The notes beneath the pieces were generated by a model. It searched no databases. It saw only the letters and a list, made by a program, of their open reading frames with translations, and was not told the origin of the DNA. The position numbers and the translations under genes were made by a program. 64,000 nt of DNA from IMG/VR virus record IMGVR_UViG_3300044977_000094, positions 96,001 to 160,000 of that record; one strand, 5' to 3'. This DNA comes from a virus. Below, in pieces: positions 35,642 to 43,281 of this stretch. Position 1 is the first letter of the stretch. Each line of letters begins with the position of its first letter.

Positions 35642-36090
35642 GAGATCAGACCCCTGACGTACCTGGACGCCTCGTAGTCCGACGCCGCGGCTACGTGCAC
35701 GCCTCCGTGGCCGCGGTGGCAGGCCCGGCACAGCCACTGCAGGTTGTCCGCGGACTCGACCCACGCACCGACCTGGTTCGGGTCGCTGATGCCGGGATAG
35801 TCCCGCTCCAGCCACGCCAGGTCCACGCCGTTCTGCAGGCTGAACTCGACGTGTGAGTGGTGCAGTTCAAGCGGCGCGCTCAGGTCGCACTCGGAGAAGT
35901 CGCCGCGGGCCACGCCCATGGCGCACTTGGCGGTGGCCTTGGTGCGGCGCCGGTACGCCTCGAAGTCGCGGTAGTGCGGATCGTCCTGCCGCGCCGGGTG
36001 CTCCGGGTAGTGCATGACGTAGTGGTGGGCCTGGGCCTGCTCGTGCGCAGCGACCTGGTGTCCAGGGTGCCCCGACAGGTCGTCGGTCAC
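35638..36090 (-). CDS. His-rich HNH-like metal-binding protein
   Basis: C...C...LELHH...NLQWLCRACH...GVH; His-rich N-terminus. Confidence 0.7.
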   Translation of the reverse strand: MTDDLSGHPGHQVAAHEQAQAHHYVMHYPEHPARQDDPHYRDFEAYRRRTKATAKCAMGVARGDFSECDLSAPLELHHSHVEFSLQNGVDLAWLERDYPGISDPNQVGAWVESADNLQWLCRACHRGHGGVHVAAASDYEASRYVRGLIS

Positions 36091-36512
36091 GGAGTCCTCC
36101 GGTTGCGAGGGGCGCGCGTGCGGTGCGCGCCGGGAGTGGAAGGGCCGTCGTCGGGCGGATCGTTCTCGTGCTTGATCTGGATGCGGAGGATGAGCACGAC
36201 GCGCCAGACGATGACGATGGGCACGAGCCCGAAGGAGATGACGGAGAACCACGCGAACAGGGGCGTATCAGCCGAGCTGACGCCCAGCGCGTGGTGGATG
36301 ACGGAGGGCAGCAGCGTCAGCGCCAGTGCGCTGTCCATCGCCAAGGCGTTGCGCCCTATGGCCGAGCGCCACCACGGGGCGACCGCCCACAGGACGAGGA
36401 TGGCCCCGACGGCGGCACAGAATGTGGCGATGACCTCGATGGTCGTGGTGTGGACGATGACGTCCAGGGTCCCCGGGCTCACGGTCCCCTCCCGAATGGT
36501 GACGCTGGTCAA
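36087..36512 (-). CDS. Putative phage holin-like membrane protein (3 TM)
   Basis: PWWRSAIGR motif between TM helices. Confidence 0.7.
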   Translation of the reverse strand: MTSVTIREGTVSPGTLDVIVHTTTIEVIATFCAAVGAILVLWAVAPWWRSAIGRNALAMDSALALTLLPSVIHHALGVSSADTPLFAWFSVISFGLVPIVIVWRVVLILRIQIKHENDPPDDGPSTPGAHRTRAPRNRRTP

Positions 36513-36754
36513 CGTGGCGGAAGACCGAACAACTCGCCGATTGACTCGCTGAAGTGGTTACGGCGCCGGATACGGCGCAAGTGCTCGGCGGTCGTCGATA
36601 CCTGCACACGCAGGCCCTCGGCCTCGCGGAGAGCCGACGACGCCCGGACCATCGCCGCCGAGGCGTCGCGCTGGCCCTCCGTCACCCTGCGCTCCAAGCA
36701 CACGCCCTGCGGCCTACGAAGCGGGTGGCGGAGGTAGTGGACCCAGCGGTGCAC
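36509..36754 (-). CDS. Small basic lysis-region protein
   Basis: LRRIRRRNHFSESI motif seen in actinophage lysis cassettes. Confidence 0.7.
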   Translation of the reverse strand: MHRWVHYLRHPLRRPQGVCLERRVTEGQRDASAAMVRASSALREAEGLRVQVSTTAEHLRRIRRRNHFSESIGELFGLPPR

Positions 36755-37064
36755 CGGCCGTCACCTCCCGCCCAGATGGCGAAGGGAGCGCGGAGAGCAG
36801 ATGGACGGCAGTGCGTGACAGCTCCAGGAGCTCCATCGTCGACTCCTGCGACTGTGCTCGGGCCGCTGCCTCGCGTTCGGCCACCACGCGCCAGGTGTCG
36901 CGCTCGGCTGAGATCTCTCTTATCCGCAGCTCGCGGTCCTCGCGGAGGTCTTCGACCTGGCGGCGGGGCACGAGCCGGCCGGTGAGGATGAGCAGGATGA
37001 CCACCGCCAGGATCGTGGCGGCGCTGAGCTGGAGGAAACCGGCTTGGTCCCAGAGTTCTTCCAC
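36714..37064 (-). CDS. Single-TM plus coiled-coil lysis-region protein
   Basis: ILLILTGRLVPR...ERDTWR pattern. Confidence 0.75.
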   Translation of the reverse strand: MEELWDQAGFLQLSAATILAVVILLILTGRLVPRRQVEDLREDRELRIREISAERDTWRVVAEREAAARAQSQESTMELLELSRTAVHLLSALPSPSGREVTAGAPLGPLPPPPAS

Positions 37065-37090
37065 GGGCGGTCCCTCTCGCGGCTGTTGGG

Positions 37091-39184
37091 CTATTTGATG
37101 CGGGTTAGTCGCACCCAGGAGCCGGCGACGAGGCTGGCGGTGTTGCTGCTGGTGCCTGTCGCGAAAGTGACGGTCAGGCTCCCCGCGGTGCTGCTCGTGA
37201 CGAGGAGTCCTCGCAGGTGGGCGTGTTTGTTGGCGCCGGTCCCGGACCAGGTGTCGGTGCCGGTGATGGTGGCGACGTAGTTCCCGGCGGCGTCGCCCCA
37301 CTGCATGGTCGCGCCCGAGGGGCCGGTCCAGGAGTGGACGAAGTTCACCCCGGACGGCGTTTCGATGATCAGGGCCGCGTCCAGCAGGTAGGTGGCGCTG
37401 GCCTCAACTGCGATGACCAGGTGCGTGGAGGCAGTCTGGCCGGTGGAGGTGGTGGTCTCGGTGGCGGCCGACACGGCGTAGGCGTCGACCAGGCTGCGCA
37501 CGTTGCCGGACGTGTCGCGGAGTTTGAGTGGCGCCGCGGTCCCCGACTGAGAGTAGACGACGCCGCCGGCCGTGGGGTTCGTCGTCGGCACGGTCGTGGC
37601 GTCCGCGACCTGGATTTCGCCGACGCCGTTGTCGCCCAGTGCGGTCGCGGATCCGATCAGGGCGTTCTTCGAGGTGTACCAGACGCCCGCGGCGGCGCGC
37701 CCGTAGGCCGTGTCGCGGGCGGCGGAGCCAGAGCCGAGGTTGACAGCTCCGTCGCAGGTCAGGCGGTAGGTGTCGAAGCTGAGCCCACTGACCCCCGCAC
37801 CGTGGGCGATGCTCGTCGTGTCGTGGCCGGTGGTGCCGAACATGCGCTGCCCGGTGGAACCACCGGTTACGGCGATCATGGTGCCGGAGCTGGCGGTGAA
37901 GTTCACGCCCGTCGCGAAGTTGACGACACCGCTGCTGGCCTCGATGACGCCCGCGGGCAGGTTCGTGAACCAGTTGCTGCTCGACGAGCCGGAGCCTTGG
38001 AAGGCTGCCGCGTCGACCAGGACGGCCTGGCCGACGGTGCCGATGTTGATGGACTCCTGGACGCCGGCGCTGCCGCTGGTCACGATGTTGCTGCCGAGCC
38101 AGCAGCCGAGGATCTTGCCTTGGGCGGTTCCGGACCAGTTGATGTCGTAGTTCGTGCCGCTGGCCCCGGCGCCGTTCAGGTTGAACAGGCAGTCGTAGAT
38201 GTGGACGGGCTTGCCGGTGGACGCGACGGTGATCCCGTGGGTCTGGTTGTTGATCAGACGGGAGGTGGCGATGTGGACCTGGTAGGCGCCGCCGGTGATC
38301 TGCAGGCCGGGCGAGCCCTGCTGGATGACGCCGCCTTGGATCTGCACGTTCTGCGGGGAGCCGTTGGGGCCGTCCTCGATCAGCACGCACGGGCCCGCGT
38401 GTGGCCCCAGGGCGTCGAGGTTGGTCACGAAAGCGGCCGCGCAGTCGCCCTTGATGTGCACGGACGAGCCGGTGCCGTTCGACGTCCAGGCGATGGCGTT
38501 CTCGACCAGGACGTCCCAGGAGTCCTCGATGCGGATTGTGTCCAGGTTCGCGCTGGCGCCGCTGGTGACGCCGCCTCCGTAGAACTGGACGTCGGTGACC
38601 TGCGAGTTCATCGCGAAGCCCTGGGCGGTGTTGCCAAGGAAGTGGATGCCGCCCGCGCAGGAGTTCCCGTAGAGGTGGGAGATCTGCGTGCCCAGCGGGT
38701 TGCTGCTCCCGGAGGCGGAGGTGGCGGCGACTTCGATGGCCCAGCCGTTGACGTACCAGAACTGGCAGTTCTCGATCTTGTTGCGGCGTACGCCGGTGAT
38801 CTCGATGGCGTTGCATGCCGGGTTGCTGGTGGTGGTCGAGCTCGCCCCGGACACCGACAAGTTCCGCACCTGGCAGTTGTAGCCGGTGATCTCGATTGCT
38901 GCGGTGCCGGAGAAGCTGGACCCGATCAGGAGCTTCGTGTTCTCCGCACCGGCGCCCGTCAGCACGGTCGCGGGCGTCGTCAGCGTCAGCGGGCCGCTGT
39001 TCAGCAGGTAGCTGGCGGTCGTGGCCGGGAGGTACACGACGCCGCCGTTGGAGCCCAGCTGGTTGATCGCGGCCTGGATCGCGGCGGTGTCGTCGGTGAC
39101 GCCGTCGCCCTTGGCGCCGTAGGTGACCGCGGAGACCCAGCCCAGGGCCGTGGCGATGGTCGTACCGAACGCGCTGGCGGTCAC
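37091..39184 (-). CDS. Tailspike/fibre with right-handed beta-helix (pectate-lyase-3-like) domain
   Basis: YGAKGDGVTDDTAAIQAAI...GGVVYLP; Asn/Gly/Ser-rich repeats. Confidence 0.88.
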   Translation of the reverse strand: MTASAFGTTIATALGWVSAVTYGAKGDGVTDDTAAIQAAINQLGSNGGVVYLPATTASYLLNSGPLTLTTPATVLTGAGAENTKLLIGSSFSGTAAIEITGYNCQVRNLSVSGASSTTTSNPACNAIEITGVRRNKIENCQFWYVNGWAIEVAATSASGSSNPLGTQISHLYGNSCAGGIHFLGNTAQGFAMNSQVTDVQFYGGGVTSGASANLDTIRIEDSWDVLVENAIAWTSNGTGSSVHIKGDCAAAFVTNLDALGPHAGPCVLIEDGPNGSPQNVQIQGGVIQQGSPGLQITGGAYQVHIATSRLINNQTHGITVASTGKPVHIYDCLFNLNGAGASGTNYDINWSGTAQGKILGCWLGSNIVTSGSAGVQESINIGTVGQAVLVDAAAFQGSGSSSSNWFTNLPAGVIEASSGVVNFATGVNFTASSGTMIAVTGGSTGQRMFGTTGHDTTSIAHGAGVSGLSFDTYRLTCDGAVNLGSGSAARDTAYGRAAAGVWYTSKNALIGSATALGDNGVGEIQVADATTVPTTNPTAGGVVYSQSGTAAPLKLRDTSGNVRSLVDAYAVSAATETTTSTGQTASTHLVIAVEASATYLLDAALIIETPSGVNFVHSWTGPSGATMQWGDAAGNYVATITGTDTWSGTGANKHAHLRGLLVTSSTAGSLTVTFATGTSSNTASLVAGSWVRLTRIK

Positions 39185-39486
39185 GTAAGCCTCCCCAGGA
39201 TCACGTAGGTCTGCTGGGCGCCGACGGGCATCGCGAGCACCGCGTCCCCGGCGGCTGGCGTGTAGGCCGCCAGGTGCTGATAGGGGCCGGTGAGCGTGGG
39301 GGAGCCGTTGATGTACGCCTTCGGGTCGCCCGAGGTGTAGCCCGAGTCGATGACCGCGGGCAGGCAGGCCAGCGGGAAGCCGGAGTCGATCGCCGCGGTC
39401 CGCGACTGCAACTTCTTGATCGCTGTCCGCATGGCCTTCAGCTCGGCCGCGAACCGGTCGTTCAACCCCCGCGGGTACATCGTCAC
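39181..39486 (-). CDS. Minor tail protein
   Basis: YTPAAGDAVL...YVILGRL OB-fold-like pattern; position among tail genes. Confidence 0.7.
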   Translation of the reverse strand: MTMYPRGLNDRFAAELKAMRTAIKKLQSRTAAIDSGFPLACLPAVIDSGYTSGDPKAYINGSPTLTGPYQHLAAYTPAAGDAVLAMPVGAQQTYVILGRLT

Positions 39487-39497
39487 GGCGCGCCCCC

Positions 39498-40703
39498 TCA
39501 GGTACTGGCGATCACGCCGCTGGTGGCCAGCTGGATGTACTCGGACTGCTGAGGGTTCGGCGGATAGCAGGTCCAGCCCGTGACCCGGACCTGCGTCTGC
39601 AGGCCCGGTGAGCCGTCGGCGCCGGGCGGGTGGATCGGGGACGTGGCGACGAACGACACGCTGTCGCCGAGGACGATGTCCCGCAGTGAGGGGCGCCCAC
39701 CACCACCGACGTTGATCGTCGGCAGCGTCATGGCCTCGGAGACCAGCGCGACCTGCCCGTCCGCGAAAGCATCGACCTGGGCCTGCGCGGTGACGACGGA
39801 CCCCTCCCAGCTGACCGTCGACTCCATCAGCGGATAGCCGGCGGCAAAGTCGGAGGTGTCCGCGCCGTGCGGAAAGGCGGACTGCCACTGCAGCGCGGAG
39901 CCGTTCGGCGGTGCCGTGGCCCACACCAAGTTGCTCGACTGGGAGCCGGTGCGCTGGTAGCCGTAGTCCAACACGTTGCCCGGATACGTCAGTCCGTAGC
40001 CGCACTGCCCCGCCGGCCGGCCGAGCTGCAGGTAGGCCATCTGCACGAAGACGGCGAGCTCGCCGTTCACATCCAGGCCCGGCACGAACGCCCACTCCAA
40101 GTTGCCGCTGGCGGTCATGTCCGACCAGGCACTGGAGACCTGCGTCAGGTCCGAGTAGGTGTAGGACGCGGTCCACGGGACCCCGGCGACCGCCGACGTC
40201 GGCAGCACGAGCCGCGCCACGCCGCCGTTCGAGGCCACCAGGGCGAGATAGTCCGGGTCCCGCGTCGCCGCCGGGGACACGCCCGCCTCGATGTACGGGC
40301 TGCTCTTCGTCATCCCGTAGTAGACGAGATCGATGAACGCGGCGAACAGGTCGACCTGCGGATACTCCAAGGTGTCCGTGATCAGGCGGTGTCCCCAGAT
40401 CGAGTCGAGGGTCTGCGCGGAGATCGGCAGCGTGCCGTCGGCGCGGGTCATGTCCGGCCAGTCCCATACCACCCCGGCCCACACCGGGTAGCCGTCCATG
40501 AGGACCCACAGCACAGCCTGGCGGCACTCCAGGGCACGCATGAACGGGGCATTCACCGAGTAGGTCTGATCCAGGTTCAGGTTCCCGGTCAGGCTGCCGG
40601 AGCCATTGAGTTGGATGCTGAACGACTGGACGGTGAGGGGGATGTTGTCGGCGAGCACCTGCCCGGTGAGCACGTGCGTCGCCACGTAGGTGTAGGTGGC
40701 CAT
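39498..40703 (-). CDS. Baseplate hub / minor tail protein
   Basis: LNGSGSL...VWAGVVW...YPGNVLDY...GYPLME pattern. Confidence 0.8.
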   Translation of the reverse strand: MATYTYVATHVLTGQVLADNIPLTVQSFSIQLNGSGSLTGNLNLDQTYSVNAPFMRALECRQAVLWVLMDGYPVWAGVVWDWPDMTRADGTLPISAQTLDSIWGHRLITDTLEYPQVDLFAAFIDLVYYGMTKSSPYIEAGVSPAATRDPDYLALVASNGGVARLVLPTSAVAGVPWTASYTYSDLTQVSSAWSDMTASGNLEWAFVPGLDVNGELAVFVQMAYLQLGRPAGQCGYGLTYPGNVLDYGYQRTGSQSSNLVWATAPPNGSALQWQSAFPHGADTSDFAAGYPLMESTVSWEGSVVTAQAQVDAFADGQVALVSEAMTLPTINVGGGGRPSLRDIVLGDSVSFVATSPIHPPGADGSPGLQTQVRVTGWTCYPPNPQQSEYIQLATSGVIAST

Positions 40704-41782
40704 CAGCGCCCGACCGGGGACACCCGCATCACTGCCGGCGAGTAGGTGGCGCCGCGCAGGGTCACGTCGACGCCGGTGCTGTCGATGCCCTGAAACTTGA
40801 ACGCGACCGTGTGCGAGCCGGCGGACGGCGTCGTGCCCTGCGATGCCGCGGTGTAGGCGGTGAAGGAGCCGCCGCCACGCACGACGCCGTCGGAGGCGGT
40901 GTTGAAGACGACCATCTCGTCGATGAGCGTTCCGTCGAGGTACACCTGCAGGTTGCCGCCGAACTCCCCGTGGCTCGCGGACATGTAGATGCCGGTCGCT
41001 TTGACGTAGATCGCCAGGTCCGTGTTGCCGTCCACGGTGACCGTCGCTGACGCCACGTTGACGATGGCACCGGCGATGGAGATCGTGTCCGTGGTCTTGT
41101 AGGACGTCAGGGGTACCCACGGCATGATGGGCAGCACGGATGGCCCCGATGGGGTGTTGTGGTAGAACGACGCCGACGCCGGGTCGTAGGCGATCTGGCC
41201 CGTGTAGCCGGTCACGGCGCCCTTGGCGGCCTTCAGGACGCCGCCGGCGGTAGTGGTGTACGGCCGACTGTCCGTGATCATGCCACTGTTGATCGACACG
41301 GTGCCGGCCGCGACCGCCAGCTGGCCCAGGGTGATCGAGTTGGCGGGGGCGGACGGCGCGGTCGGCGACGGCGCCGCAGTCCCCGTGATGATCTCCACCG
41401 CGCCGAAGCTGGAGCTCGACCCCACGTCGGACACGTACGCGACCACGATGTCGATCCGAGGATTCGTCGGATCCGCAGTCTGAACGGTCAGCGTGGCCAA
41501 TGATGCCAGCGTCGACACATAGCCCCCGGCGGTTGGCGTCGCACTGTTCGGGACCACGAAGCTGCCCGGCCCAACGGTCACATTCATGCCCGTGCCCGGA
41601 CCCACCGCGAGCCCTGCGCCGCCAATGACGCCACCCAGGACGCCGATCGCGGAGCTCGTGACAATGCCCTCGTCGTAGAACGTTGGCGTCACGGACGAGT
41701 TCCGCAGGTCATTGCCGCTGCTCCCGTCGTACGTGCACCCGGTCAGCCACTGCGGCAGGCTCGTCGTCACCTGTGTTGCCAT
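40703..41782 (-). CDS. Minor tail protein
   Basis: ADPTNPRIDIVVA...GTAAPSP..PS.PANSI.L pattern. Confidence 0.8.
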   Translation of the reverse strand: MATQVTTSLPQWLTGCTYDGSSGNDLRNSSVTPTFYDEGIVTSSAIGVLGGVIGGAGLAVGPGTGMNVTVGPGSFVVPNSATPTAGGYVSTLASLATLTVQTADPTNPRIDIVVAYVSDVGSSSSFGAVEIITGTAAPSPTAPSAPANSITLGQLAVAAGTVSINSGMITDSRPYTTTAGGVLKAAKGAVTGYTGQIAYDPASASFYHNTPSGPSVLPIMPWVPLTSYKTTDTISIAGAIVNVASATVTVDGNTDLAIYVKATGIYMSASHGEFGGNLQVYLDGTLIDEMVVFNTASDGVVRGGGSFTAYTAASQGTTPSAGSHTVAFKFQGIDSTGVDVTLRGATYSPAVMRVSPVGR

Positions 41783-41792
41783 GCCACACCCC

Positions 41793-43064
41793 TTAGATCC
41801 ACGAATCGGCCCAGTAGTACGTCGCTGTCGACCCGGAGCCGGCCTGACCGCCGAACTGCACTTCGTTGTCGCCCGGCGCGATCTGCCACCAGGCCGAGGT
41901 CACATCAGCCGGCCAGTACGTGCCGCCGGTTGAGGGGATGCCCGGCGTCGTCGACACCGTCGTCGGGTTCACGTACGCCTGCCGGTTCAGGAAATCGACC
42001 ACCAGGACGTCGCCCGCCAGGAGGACGAGGTTGCTCCACGACACACTCAGGCCCGTGGTCAGATTCGCCAGCGACGGGCCAATGACCGGGCCGGCGATCA
42101 CCGCCACCGGTGGTGATTCGAAATCGCCTGCATTGGTCGCCACCGCGGCGCCCGGCGGCGGAGCGGAGTCCAGCGTGATGGGGATCGTGAACGGCACCAC
42201 CATGCCGCCGCCGCCCCCGGAGGGCAGCAGCCCAATGGCCAGTGACCGCTGGACGGTGCTGTATTTGCGCGGGTCCGGCGCGACCAGCCCGACCGTGAAC
42301 GTCACATCCGTCAAGGTCGGATAGCTCTCGCTGACCTTCCCGCTGCGGCGCACCCACGCCATCTTCGGCGTCGGCTCGTCATACCGCAGTTGCGCCAGGT
42401 CGCTGATCGGCACCGCCTGCTGCAGGAGGGACCGGGCGAGATCCCTCAGCGCTTGGGTCGGCGCGGAGGCCGTGACGGTCAGGGTGAGGGTGCGTGCCGC
42501 GTAGTACTGCGGGGACGCCCACGCGCCGTGGTCACCCGAGCGGGCGATGACCCCGGCTCCCTGGACATCGGGACCGTCCCAGCCGTCGATCTTCTGCCAC
42601 AGCCAGCAGATGCCGTTGCTGTCGACCGTGCCGAACTCGATGTCCAGGCCAGCCGCGGCGTAGATCAGGCCACCGGTCCAGAACCCCGTGTCGCCGCCGG
42701 TGATGGGCGGCGTGTAGGCGCCGGGGACGCCGGCGACGGGGAAGTCCTCGACGCCCAGGAACCCGCCGGTTCCGTACGTGCAGGACCAGTTGGCGACATA
42801 CACGCCGGTGACGGTGTCGGCGGGGATGTTCCAGGTGCAGGCGTACTGGCCGACCCCGATACGCCAGATCGCCCCTGGTACTGGGGAGCTGGCCCCCAGG
42901 TACTGGTACGGGCCGGCGACGTCCGGGACGAGGCCGACCTCGGTGCCGTACGTGATGTCGAGCTGGATGGCCGACGGGTCGGCCAGGGCCCTGGTGGTCT
43001 CGTCGTAGAAGTTCAGGTACAGCGTCCACGGCAGGCCGGCGACAGCACCCGACAAGCGAACCAC
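41793..43064 (-). CDS. Distal tail protein (Dit) with an extra N-terminal Ig-like domain
   Basis: Follows the tape measure gene; GWDGP...HG...ARTLTL...LVAPDPRKY...NAGD...PGDN. Confidence 0.8.
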   Translation of the reverse strand: MVRLSGAVAGLPWTLYLNFYDETTRALADPSAIQLDITYGTEVGLVPDVAGPYQYLGASSPVPGAIWRIGVGQYACTWNIPADTVTGVYVANWSCTYGTGGFLGVEDFPVAGVPGAYTPPITGGDTGFWTGGLIYAAAGLDIEFGTVDSNGICWLWQKIDGWDGPDVQGAGVIARSGDHGAWASPQYYAARTLTLTVTASAPTQALRDLARSLLQQAVPISDLAQLRYDEPTPKMAWVRRSGKVSESYPTLTDVTFTVGLVAPDPRKYSTVQRSLAIGLLPSGGGGGMVVPFTIPITLDSAPPPGAAVATNAGDFESPPVAVIAGPVIGPSLANLTTGLSVSWSNLVLLAGDVLVVDFLNRQAYVNPTTVSTTPGIPSTGGTYWPADVTSAWWQIAPGDNEVQFGGQAGSGSTATYYWADSWI

Positions 43065-43281
43065 CCCCCATCACGGTAGGCCAGGACAGCGACCTCGCCG
43101 GGCAACCCAATCCGAGCGTCGGTCAGTTCATCATGGGGACGGAAGCCCTGGAGTTCCCGGCTGGGAGCGCCCGACTCCTGTTCACCGACCGATTCGGCAC
43201 ATCCCTGTGCGCCGTGCCAGTGCCAAGCACCAACTAAGCCCAAGCCAGCCACTGTCCCGCCGTCTTGGGCATAGCCGACGA

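Noticed and set aside
37091-39184. Diversity-generating retroelement or invertible tail-fibre switch
   Set aside because: No reverse transcriptase, template/variable repeat pair or invertase was found.
43133-43237. 34-codon plus-strand ORF in the gap between tape measure and Dit genes
   Set aside because: No RBS or recognisable motif; cannot be distinguished from chance.
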